Source: Girardia tigrina
Lineage: Eukaryota
Direction of reading: 5' to 3'
DNA length: 64,000 bases
Assembly (NCBI GenBank): GCA_001938485.1
Contig: MQRK01219517.1
Coordinates: 1-64,000 of the forward strand
Numbering within the stretch: the first letter of the stretch is position 1; the number at the start of each line of letters is the position of its first letter. A program made the translations under genes and the position numbers. Below are positions 53,610 to 64,000 of this stretch, piece by piece. The notes beneath the pieces are model-generated. The model saw only the letters and a program-made list of their open reading frames with translations, was not told where the DNA came from and made no database searches.

Positions 53610-54311
53610 ATATATATATATTTTATTATATTATATATTATATTATATTATATTTATTAAAATAGTCATAAAATGGGACATATCGATTAATAATCCTATA
53701 ATTTAATTGGTTGGTGTCTCGTCCTAACCCCGTGGATTGTGTGAATGTGAATCAGTTTATGCACCTAAATAATGTGCTAAGTCACACGTTTGCCAATAAA
53801 TAAACCAGCATAAAATTGATATATTAATTAATTAAGTCATTTATAGATTGTAATAAAAACAAATTCAAACGAACAAATTGATTAAAGAGAAAGGGACAAA
53901 GTTTTGGGAAAATAAAACAAATTTTGTTTAAAGAGATATTGAACATGTAAACATTTGTAAAATGAACTGACTGGAATTAATCAATTGCGTTGGGAAAGGA
54001 TTTGAGAAGTGGGGAAGAGTAGAGACAAACAGAAAATGAAAAATATTCATTTGTCTTAAACATAAAATAATAAAAATAGCAAACATTTAAACAGAAAATA
54101 ATTAATAATAATTATTGAATATCTTTTAATTATTTTTGTAGAATTTCTGCTTTATTAAACATTTTATTCTTTTTTGAAAGTTACCCATTTTTCAATTTAA
54201 GAAATATAAGGAACTAATAATAAGTATTAAAAACAGTAATATAATTTTCGATTGTTCCATCTGATTTCAAGGTGGCCACGAAGGCCGGATGGTGGTATCA
54301 AATCCTGGCAC

Positions 54312-54762
54312 TATTTAGCAACATTGCAATTAGCGTGAAAACATTGATTAACAACACAAACAGACTCATCCTTATAACAATTTTCAGGAGCACCATCTGC
54401 GGTAAGCATCGTTCTTAATGGCTATATTTTTATAACAATATTCAAATCTTTGATTAATCAATTAGATCAAAATAATAATAACTTACTTTCTCAAAATTTT
54501 ATTTGATAAAATTTATTTTATTGGATTTAAAATAAATATTAGTTTTTAATTTATAATAAATTCAATAAGTTAAATTATTTACTCAAAATTATTATTAAAA
54601 TTTATAATTATAAAACTTTTAACTAATAAGTATTTCAACATTAATTACATTAAACTAATCTCATTAGATTCAAATAATCAATCAATAAACATATCAATCC
54701 CATCTGCGTAGGAGAGCACCAATCTAAACAGCATACAAGGAACATTCAGAATTTGTCATCAT
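54312..54762 (-). mobile_element. Solo LTR (family of 38465-38913)
   Basis: Extended similarity to 38465-38913; ends approximate, no TSD seen. Confidence 0.6.
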
Positions 54763-55340
54763 AGCGCTCATGGCAGTTATATTCGTGCTTGATCCATTTG
54801 GATTTGAATCGATTACTCAATGAAAAATTTTTATAAATCGTTAATGATAATAAAATTCAAAGTTCAGTTAAAGATGCAAAAAACACTAAGTAGTTTTACC
54901 AAAATCATTTCAATAAACATCAAATTCTCAGTAAAAAAAATTATTGATTAAAAAGTAGTTTTTTTATCGCTCCATATTTCGTCATCTCGCGACTACTTTC
55001 CAGAACAAAGAAGTCTTTTTTTCGGGATTTTAAACAATTTCGAATTGTTTAAACTCAAAATATTAATTTCTATGAAATGATTTTAAATTTCTTTTTTTTT
55101 ATTTTTTTAATATTCATTATTTATCATATTATTATACCTATATATAAGCAAGGAGCAAAAATAAATCATTGAAATGTCATTAATGCAAACAATGGTAAAT
55201 CATAGATGGGTCATTCGAAAGAAAATAGATAAATTAAATTAAATATTTAACTTAAACTGTTTTAGGGAATGGAAGGAGATTTAATGGCAATTTATTTGTA
55301 AAGAAAATGAAGAACAAACGCCATTTTAAAAGTTTTTTAT

Positions 55341-55383
55341 TTCTCAAAACATGTTTCGCCATTACGGCATCATCAGTTGTGAA
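55341..55383 (-). ncRNA. Intact minimal type-I hammerhead ribozyme at PLE 3' end
   Basis: TTCACAA CTGATGA T GCC-GTAAT-GGC GAAAC AT GTT TTGAGAA. Upstream (55480-55555) reads ERIVTEALLIKHLKPCKNVQ. Confidence 0.8.
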
Positions 55384-57813
55384 GTAAATTTCAAATTACA
55401 AGTCATTTATATGGCACATTGACTATCACGCAATAAATCTTTTTTTTAATTAATATTAAAAGATTTTAATATGATTGGATAATTAACTTTGAACATTTTT
55501 GCATGGTTTTAAATGCTTTATTAATAATGCCTCAGTGACTATCCTCTCATGATGTGTGACCAAATTTTTCTTCCTTTTACAGTTTTGAAGAATTTTAATA
55601 ATTTATTCTAATATTTTTTCTATAATTTATTTTAAATTTAAAAATCACTGTAAAATTCTAATTTTTTTTAAAATTTTTAAATGATGCTTAATTTAATTTA
55701 ATATTTTTTTAAAATAAATAAAATTCATTTTAATTTTAAGCAATCACATTTATGATACATGTATTTAAATATAAAAATATCGAATTCTGATAATTTTAAA
55801 TTATATATATAGAAAATGAAGAACAAACGCCATTTAACAAGTTTTCATTTCATTTTATACCTTCTCAGAGTTTCAATTAAAATCTGAACTGAATTTTTAT
55901 AATTTTTTAAAATAGAAATCAGGAGAATGAAGATTATAAAAAATTTAACCTTGAAATGTGTATGTAAATAAAACATAACCAAATTCTGAGAAAGTATAAA
56001 GTGAAATGGAAATTAGGAAGCAAAATGTCGTACGCGGCGACAGCACCCAAACAACAATCATGACACGATCAGTCTTAAAATCAAATAGGATTGAGAATGG
56101 GAAACAATTTGAGAATTATGTTTTAATATAATATTTTTCAATCACCGCTTTTTCACAAACGTGTTTATTTTAAATCATTTATAAAACGTATCAAATAATT
56201 GTATTTAATTAAACAATAATTTTTTACGTTCATATTTTTAATAATTATAATTTTTGTTGATCTAATATATTTTTATTTTCACACGTCGACGTCACTGATG
56301 AGGTACACAACAAGAAATGTTAGAATTGATTTGATTTCTTTTTAATTTGAGGTACATAATAAAATTCCGAGATTAATAAGACAATAGTAGTTAGTGAGGC
56401 CAGTAAAACTCTTTTGAAAGAAATAAATTTTATACAGTTTTACAAAATTAAGTATTGTTACCTGAGATTTGGAAGGAAAGTGAGATCGCTTGCATTTTTT
56501 TAGGTAAATACAAGATCCCGTAATCGTAGCTAATTGACTAATAATCCAAGGAGATATATGTCAACTCTACATTTTTTGTAGAGGATGGGTCCACCAGGAA
56601 ATGAGTAAATCAGAATGTTCTCATTAGAATGATACTTGATGATTATACATTTTAAAGGTAACTGAACATGGTATATGTAGCATATTATCCAATCTCTACA
56701 GAATCTATTAATATATTTTAAAATATAAATAAAGTAACTTAAATTAACAGCATCTTAATAATTTAAATTGAATATTCAATCTTTTCTTCTTATATAAACC
56801 TATAAGCATCTTAAAGTTTTTTAAATGTGTCTGATGTTCATGATAAATTTTCGAAGAACACTAAATGTGTTGTGAAAAATAAGTTAGTTATTTAATTATT
56901 TTTATTATATTTTTTTACATAATTAAGACTAATATTTTAAATATTTATTCATATAAAAATAGAATGATTTTTATAAAATAATATTTACTCTACAAAGTTT
57001 TGTGAACAAAAAAGATAACATAGAAGCAAAATTCATTTAAGTTTTATTTATCAATTTTTTGTCAATTAAACTAAATTTAAATTGATTTCCTCCATCAAAA
57101 AAGCCCATTAAATTTTTTAGATATTTTTTTCAATTTTTAAAAATTAATAAAATCTCAGTTTTAAGTATCAAAAAAGAGATTTTATCATTTTTTTATTTTT
57201 ATAACGCAAAATATATAAAAAAAATTTTGAATTATTTTTATATAGTGTTTTTTGAAGTTAAATCTAATGAAATATTTTTAAACATTTTTAAATTAAAAAG
57301 CTTAGGCTAGTTAACCCTACTGTGTAAAATTCAATTGAACAACTAAATAAAAATAAAATAATAAAAGATTAAATAAATAAAAAAAGAAAAATTTAAGGTA
57401 AAACTAAAAAATAAAAAATGAAAACAGTAATAAAAAAATCACAAATCAAATAGATAATAAATAAAATTATAGTAAAAAATGATGTTTAAAAGAAGAATAA
57501 ACTGATATTAAAAATAATAAAAATAATAATTATTAAATTAAAGAATATTTTTATATGTCACTGTCCCTCAGACACAGCAGAATATCTCATTTTTGTTTGT
57601 AGATCTTGTAAAAGTTATTGTGTAAACATTTATATATAAAATAATTAATAAAATAATGATTGCTTTATGAACGTAATGTAGGGTCAAGCTAAGAGTTAAT
57701 AATATATGATATGTTTACAAATAATGTTCAAAAAATATTTTCAATATATAGAACAATAAGCTGAATTATTAGTTTATCATAAATATTAAAATATATAAAT
57801 CATCGTTTAAATA

Positions 57814-57844
<31 letters not shown>

Positions 57845-60310
57845 NNNNNNNNNNNNNNNNNNNNNNNNNNNNNNNNNNNNNNNNNNNNNNNNNNNNNNNN
57901 NNNNNNNNNNNNNNNNNNNNNNNNNNNNNNNNNNNNNNNNNNNNNNNNNNNNNNNNNNNNNNNNNNNNNNNNNNNNNNNNNNNNNNNNNNNNNNNNNNNN
58001 NNNNNNNNNNNNNNNNNNNNNNNNNNNNNNNNNNNNNNNNNNNNNNNNNNNNNNNNNNNNNNNNNNNNNNNNNNNNNNNNNNNNNNNNNNNNNNNNNNNN
58101 NNNNNNNNNNNNNNNNNNNNNNNNNNNNNNNNNNNNNNNNNNNNNNNNNNNNNNNNNNNNNNNNNNNNNNNNNNNNNNNNNNNNNNNNNNNNNNNNNNNN
58201 NNNNNNNNNNNNNNNNNNNNNNNNNNNNNNNNNNNNNNNNNNNNNNNNNNNNNNNNNNNNNNNNNNNNNNNNNNNNNNNNNNNNNNNNNNNNNNNNNNNN
58301 NNNNNNNNNNNNNNNNNNNNNNNNNNNNNNNNNNNNNNNNNNNNNNNNNNNNNNNNNNNNNNNNNNNNNNNNNNNNNNNNNNNNNNNNNNNNNNNNNNNN
58401 NNNNNNNNNNNNNNNNNNNNNNNNNNNNNNNNNNNNNNNNNNNNNNNNNNNNNNNNNNNNNNNNNNNNNNNNNNNNNNNNNNNNNNNNNNNNNNNNNNNN
58501 NNNNNNNNNNNNNNNNNNNNNNNNNNNNNNNNNNNNNNNNNNNTTGTACCCATTATTTTCTAACCTGCTTTTAAGATCAACAATACCCTTATCCACACCA
58601 TAATACGTAGAAGATAAATTCCATATTCTGTGAATTAATCCCTTCACCATATTTTTATTGTACTTGGGATCACAGAAACTCATAGGTATAAACCCGTTAT
58701 TGTATAAACCCGTGTCAGTACTCTTTCGAAATACTTCAGTTTCATAGCCCTTCGATTTTCTTTCAATTAATACATCCAAAAATGAAATCTTGTCCCCTGA
58801 TTCGATTTCACTGGTAAATNNNNNNNNNNNNNNNNNNNNNNNNNNNNNNNNNNNNAAATTATCTATATGGTTTTTATTTTCAAAAATCAAGAAGATATCA
58901 TCAACATATCTAGTGTAAAATAAAGGCATGTTTCCTTCAAAAAATTGAATTTTTTCTCCAAACTTTGAAGAAATATTGACGCCATTAGAGGTGCTAATGG
59001 AGACCTCATTGCCACTCCATCAACTTGCATGTACCATTCATTATTAAAAATAAATGGAACATTTTTTGTACTATGTTATCCATTTAATATCAAATAACAA
59101 ATTCCGATTATAAGATTTATTAACTATAACAAAATATCAACAATCTAGTCTATTTAATGGGGAAAATAGTGATGTTATAATGACTCATATTTTCAAAGCC
59201 TTTTCATTGGTTTACAATCTCAAAGACATACATACTATCAACATACATTCAGCATACATTCAACAAACATTCAGCATACATTCAACATCAGACAAATAAC
59301 CAATATTATTGTATCATCACAATTGACTTTACACAATCAATTTAATCAACAATCACTCAATAATTATTATGTAATTAATCTTAGTTACTTCTGTTAGTAA
59401 CAAACAATATTGATTACATAATTAAACATAATTACATAATTACATAATTAAACAATATTCCTACTCACATACTAAATTCTAAAAGTGCCTTCATTGCTTT
59501 ACTACTCATTGAAGTCACTTTATTTTCAACTAATTCATCCCATAATTTAGTACATAAATCAATCGTTTCATTTAAAGGTACGTTAGTGAATAAGCTATGT
59601 CAAATGAAACCATGACCTCCTCATTAGTTTTGATTTTATAATTTAAGATATTGTTCACAAACTCAAAACTATCTTTACATTCTAGGGGGTTATTAATTAA
59701 GGAAAGGCCTAATGAAAAAGATTCCTTCGGGTTTTAATTTGCGGGTGATCTTTATAACTAATAAACTATCGAGATATTTCTCAAATAAATCAAAAACTCC
59801 ATCGGGTGTCCAAGCTAATCTAGTATATCACTTTAAATGTCACAAGTGTGAATCCTTGTACATTTAGAAACAAATCGTCATCTCCGCACTAGAATAGCTG
59901 AACACACCCAATTGAGTAGGAATAGCTCGATTCTAGATCACATTAAAAAATGCAGAAATAGAGATAAAGTTAACTATGAAACTNNNNNNNNNNNNNNNNN
60001 NNNNNNNNNNNNNNNNNNNNNNNNNNNNNNNNNNNNNNNNNNNNNNNNNNNNNNNNNNNNNNNNNNNNNNNNNNNNNNNNNNNNNNNNNNNNNNNNNNNN
60101 NNNNNNNNNNNNNNNNNNNNNNNNNNNNNNNNNNNNNNNNNNNNNNNNNNNNNNNNNNNNNNNNNNNNNNNNNNNNNNNNNNNNNNNNNNNNNNNNNNNN
60201 NNNNNNNNNNNNNNNNNNNNNNNNNNNNNNNNNNNNNNNNNNNNNNNNNNNNNNNNNNNNNNNNNNNNNNNNNNNNNNNNNNNNNNNNNNNNNNNNNNNN
60301 NNNNNNNNNN
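57845..60310 (-). mobile_element. Penelope-like retroelement with inverted 3' segment, in (TA)n
   Basis: Minus RT 59690-58545: VSFD..SLFTNVP, QVDGVAMRSPLAP, YTRYVDDIF, ISFLDV. Plus-strand GIY-YIG 59730-59983: LVYHFKCHKCESLYI..ETNRHLRTRIAEH. Gaps at both ends, (TA)n on both flanks. Confidence 0.85.
59074..59469 (-). mobile_element. Solo LTR (TG...CA, TSD TACTA) inside the PLE RT
   Basis: TACTA at 59069 and 59470; removal restores ...ALLEFSTKNVPFIF... Confidence 0.9.
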
Positions 60311-60322
60311 GTTTTTTATTTT

Positions 60323-60358
<36 letters not shown>

Positions 60359-60361
<3 letters not shown>

Positions 60362-61254
60362 GAGGCATATTTTAAATTTGGTATGTTGAATTTTGTATGT
60401 TGAACTAGTATTTGGATGTGTGATTCTCCCACCCAGGTGGAAATTGGTATTTTTTTTAATTTAAAGTGATTGACTATTCGAACATAATTAAAATAATAAA
60501 TTTTTTTTAAAATAACAATTTAAATTAAGTTTAATATTTTTAATAAAATTTAAATTAAATTCATTTTCAATAATTTGATGCCATTTTTATTATTTTGGGT
60601 TTTTATTAAGAAATGGTTTAAAGTATTATTTTTAATTAATATTTTTAGAAATTAAATATTTTTAAAAGATTTAAAAAAATTGTTCGAATAATCATGATTG
60701 TGAGGAATATTTGAATGTTTGCTGTTTTGTGTTTGAATGTGTATGTTGATTTGGAAATGTGTCTCTCCTACCCAGATGGATGATTAATATTTTAATTATT
60801 ATTATCTGAAAATATGTAATGTTTAAATTAATTTTAATTTCAAATAATTTTAAATTTTTAAATAAGTTTATTAATTTTTATAATATTTAATAAATATATC
60901 AAATTAATATTTTTTTAAATAATTAATTATCTTTTTAATTATTATCAAATAAGTTTTGAGTAAATATTTTATTAAAATATTTATTTCTCCATTTGCTAAA
61001 AAAATAATGAAAATTAATTCATTAATCGATTTCGCTTAGAATGCAAATGTACGAAAGTTTTGACAAAGATTGTCTTAAGGACAATCAAAATTAAATTGTT
61101 TAAATAAAAATATAAAAAGTCAAATTGATGTTCTTAATAATGATTAAACGAACTAGAACGATGTCAAATGGTGAAAAATCTTCTGAGAGTTGTAATGACT
61201 CTAAATGTGATTGTAATAAAAATTCAATTGAGATTTGTCTCAATGTTCTTAATA
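60359..61254 (+). mobile_element. Solo LTR hosting a nested solo LTR
   Basis: TGTGAGG...GTTCTTAATA; uninterrupted relative at 11303-11806. Confidence 0.75.
60699..61139 (+). mobile_element. Solo LTR, TSD ATGAT
   Basis: ATGAT at 60694 and 61140; near-identical to 52944-53382. Confidence 0.9.
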
Positions 61255-62249
61255 TTGTGCTTTGAACCCCTAGGTATGAGGCAATTTAAGGGTATAAAAT
61301 GTTTTATAAATAGTACAACAGATGTCCCAGAACTATTCAAAATTCTTGACTTTGAGCATGAATTCATTCTTTATTATTAAGACGCCTATAATTTAATTTA
61401 TCCTTTACTTTCTTTTGAAGTTTATATTTTTAGTGATAGTAAAAATTTATTTATTATGTGTGATTATTTTGGTTTCATTGTCTATGAGTGGATTTTTGCA
61501 AACTATAAAAATTTGAATGATATAAGATTCTTTTAAAAAGATACATAATAAAATAAAATAAAATAAAAATTTTAATAAAATTGTTAAAATGAATACTAAT
61601 TTCAAAAAACCAATAAAAAATAATAAGCTCATAACTTTTGAAATCATTTGTTTAAGAAATGTTTGACTCTTAATCAGAAAAACAAATTCTTAACCTTCTA
61701 GGATCTCTCTTAAACATGGAAATATCACAGTTTCTGGATGAATATTTAGTCTTCATTTCGGAACAAGAAATGACATTGGTTCCCAATTATACCTTACTAC
61801 TAATCCTTTAGTTTCTGAAACACCTTGGTCGATAAAACGTTTACGTACAAATCTGAATTTTAAGGTACCAACTTTAAACCAGCTTAGCTGACATGAAAAA
61901 GTTTTTTCAAAGGTATTTTCAAGTAGACCTTAGTTAAAACCATTAAAAATGACAACCACTTATGTAAACATGAATTTGTCATAAAATTTAATTAAAATAA
62001 AATTTCAAGATAAATTATACAATTCGAAAAAATTCAAATATTTATCCTTTAATTAAACATAATTATGTTTTTTTGTCATATAATTGTTGTTTTCAATACG
62101 AATCTATACTGATCCACTTACAGGTTACAATTTAAAAAACATCTGCTCCGAATTTCTGATGAAATAATTTTCTTATAAAAATGGGTCACGAAAACGTTTT
62201 TCGAAATAGATTTAAAGAATATATTTTCTATATTATATATATATATATA

Positions 62250-62845
62250 CCGTTAGGTGCAAAAGTTTGTGAACGCTTGTTGTTAAATTGTCTTTTGCAC
62301 CCAACTGCAATTATATTGACAAAAGCACACCAAAATACAAAGATTTTATTAGAACATTATAATGAGACACAAATTTATCAAAACTTGTCATAACTGGCAC
62401 ATAAACCACGAAAAACCAGTGTACATTTAGTATTTTGTGTATTGATATTTAATATTGATATTTCAATCAGTCTCTTTGACTGGTTGACCTTGGACGATCA
62501 GATCGAGATCTTGAACATAATGAACCAGTCTCCATTTTTCTCTGAACAGTCTGACACACAACTCCAAGAGAAATATTAAGAGTTGTAGCTATTTGTCGAT
62601 AAGAAAAGCCATGCTTCTGCAATGCCAAAACTGCTACATGCTGTTCTGTTGTTAGCTCCTTGCCGCGGACAGGCATGATTCTAAAATAAATAATGGCAAT
62701 TTATAACTTGAAAAGTAATAAAAATAAAATATGCATTTAAGCATTTAAATGGTTTATGTATATTTAACAAGGAAAGCACAAACATGCAGTGCAACAATAA
62801 AAAGTAGAATAGAAACAAGCGTTCACAAACTTTTGCACCTGACTG
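62250..62845 (-). mobile_element. Internally deleted Tc1-like element in (TA)n
   Basis: ~30-bp TIRs AGGTGCAAAAGTTTGTGAACGCTTGT; transposase N-terminal HTH only (62676-62467). Confidence 0.85.
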
Positions 62846-62974
62846 TATATATATATATATATACTAGGAAAAAACCAGTCATGTATGACTGGAGAGTTAA
62901 ATTTCTTCTTTGAAAGTTTTTCTTTTAATTAAAAAATCGTAGTTATAATTTAATATTTATTGTTTCGAATTTGG

Positions 62975-64000
62975 ATATAGCTCTGGAATGATACCGTTGT
63001 TTCCAGCAGCTGTACCCTTCTTTTGTTGTCCAAAAGCGGTACCTACATCTTCTACATCCGGTGAGTTGTCTATTTCGAGTGCTTGGCTCTGTTCGATTTC
63101 CACGAGATAGTCTCTTTCGCTTTTCTGAATAGATGTGAGAAGTGCTCTGCTAACACTTCGTCCTTCACACTGCTTTGTACAGTACAGAGAGAGGATTCCT
63201 TCGTTTCACTATTGCAGAGGACTTTGAGCTCCGTGTATAACTCAGAAGTCTTGCCCATACATTCTCTGTTGAGAATTCCTTCTATTTCTTGTCCAATTCC
63301 CTCAATCCTCTCTCTTTTCCATTTCCTGAGATGCCGTAATGTGTTCAGTCTTGCAGTCTTCCACGTCGAATATGTTATTTCACATCTATTCTGAATGTAT
63401 TCTTTCCTTCATTTCCATTTCTCCTGCAGTAATGGTTTCAGCTCTTCTAGGTGTCCCTAGAGCCACCTCTGATTGAGCGGGACTTTTTTCTTTCTGTGTC
63501 TTTCTGAGGCCTTCAAAATGACCTTCTCCTCATTATCTCAGCTCTCGACATTCGGACAAGTCTGTCCTATGTCACTACTGATGGCCACTTTGTTGTTCTG
63601 CAAGGAGAATTTGTCAATTTTTCCTTTTCCTTTCTTTCTTCTATCATTCGCCAACTTGAGTACCTTATTGTTGTTGGTGTTCCATATCGTTAACACGACT
63701 AAGTCTTGGTTAGAGCGCAGTCGAAATTCGAGTAGCTTTTGACATTGCTTATCCTGTTGCATCTGCTCTTTTGCGACAGGAATAAGTCCTGTAGTAGTTT
63801 TTTCTCGTTGCCGGGTGTGTCCAGATAGTTCTCTGCGCCAACTTATGTTTGTAGAAGGTGTTCTCTACTCGTAAGTTGCACTCGTCAGCAAGATTTATTA
63901 AAAGATCTCCGTTTTATGATGTTACTGTTGACCTAGTGTAACACTTGACAGTCTTTCCGTTTTCCTCTGTCCGATTAAGTCGACAGTTGAAGTCGCCTCC
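62975..64000 (-). mobile_element. Decayed LINE (RTE-like) ORF: end of APE domain and linker
   Basis: GC-richer frame with stops: SNQDLVV (SDH-like), AEHFSHLF, EDVGTAFGQQKKGTAAGNNGIIPEL (KAxGxDGIxxE-like). Confidence 0.6.

Noticed and set aside
56293-56325. CTGATGA...GAAA hammerhead candidate
   Set aside because: No stem II or convincing stem I.
3100-61139. Recurring CCCAGATGG motif as a CRISPR-like array or ncRNA family
   Set aside because: Dispersed on both strands inside TSD-bounded 440-520-bp solo LTRs; no regular spacers; eukaryotic context.

Overview
Very AT-rich eukaryotic genomic DNA with assembly gaps. A triclad/planarian-type flatworm is an inference from composition, ~50-nt introns and the TE mix. 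The only clear host gene is a Shab/Kv2 voltage-gated K+ channel on the + strand: T1 exon ~6015-6671, a 33.2-kb phase-0 intron, S1-S6 exon 39900-40856 and a short last exon 40903-40968. The rest is nested transposon debris: many solo LTRs (mostly TG...TA ends, 5-bp TSDs), one internally deleted LTR element, Tc1/Tc3/mariner elements (one nearly intact DD34D with ~125-bp TIRs), hAT, MULE, MITEs, an RTE-like LINE and several Penelope-like elements (PLEs). Less obvious structure: about 12 minimal type-I hammerhead ribozyme motifs tied to PLE 3' ends, two palindromic double-hammerhead mini-elements, a 5S rRNA-derived SINE3-like element, an RFX X-box array in the channel intron, and a 50-bp exon copy inserted in the intron. 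All calls were read by eye; no searches were run.
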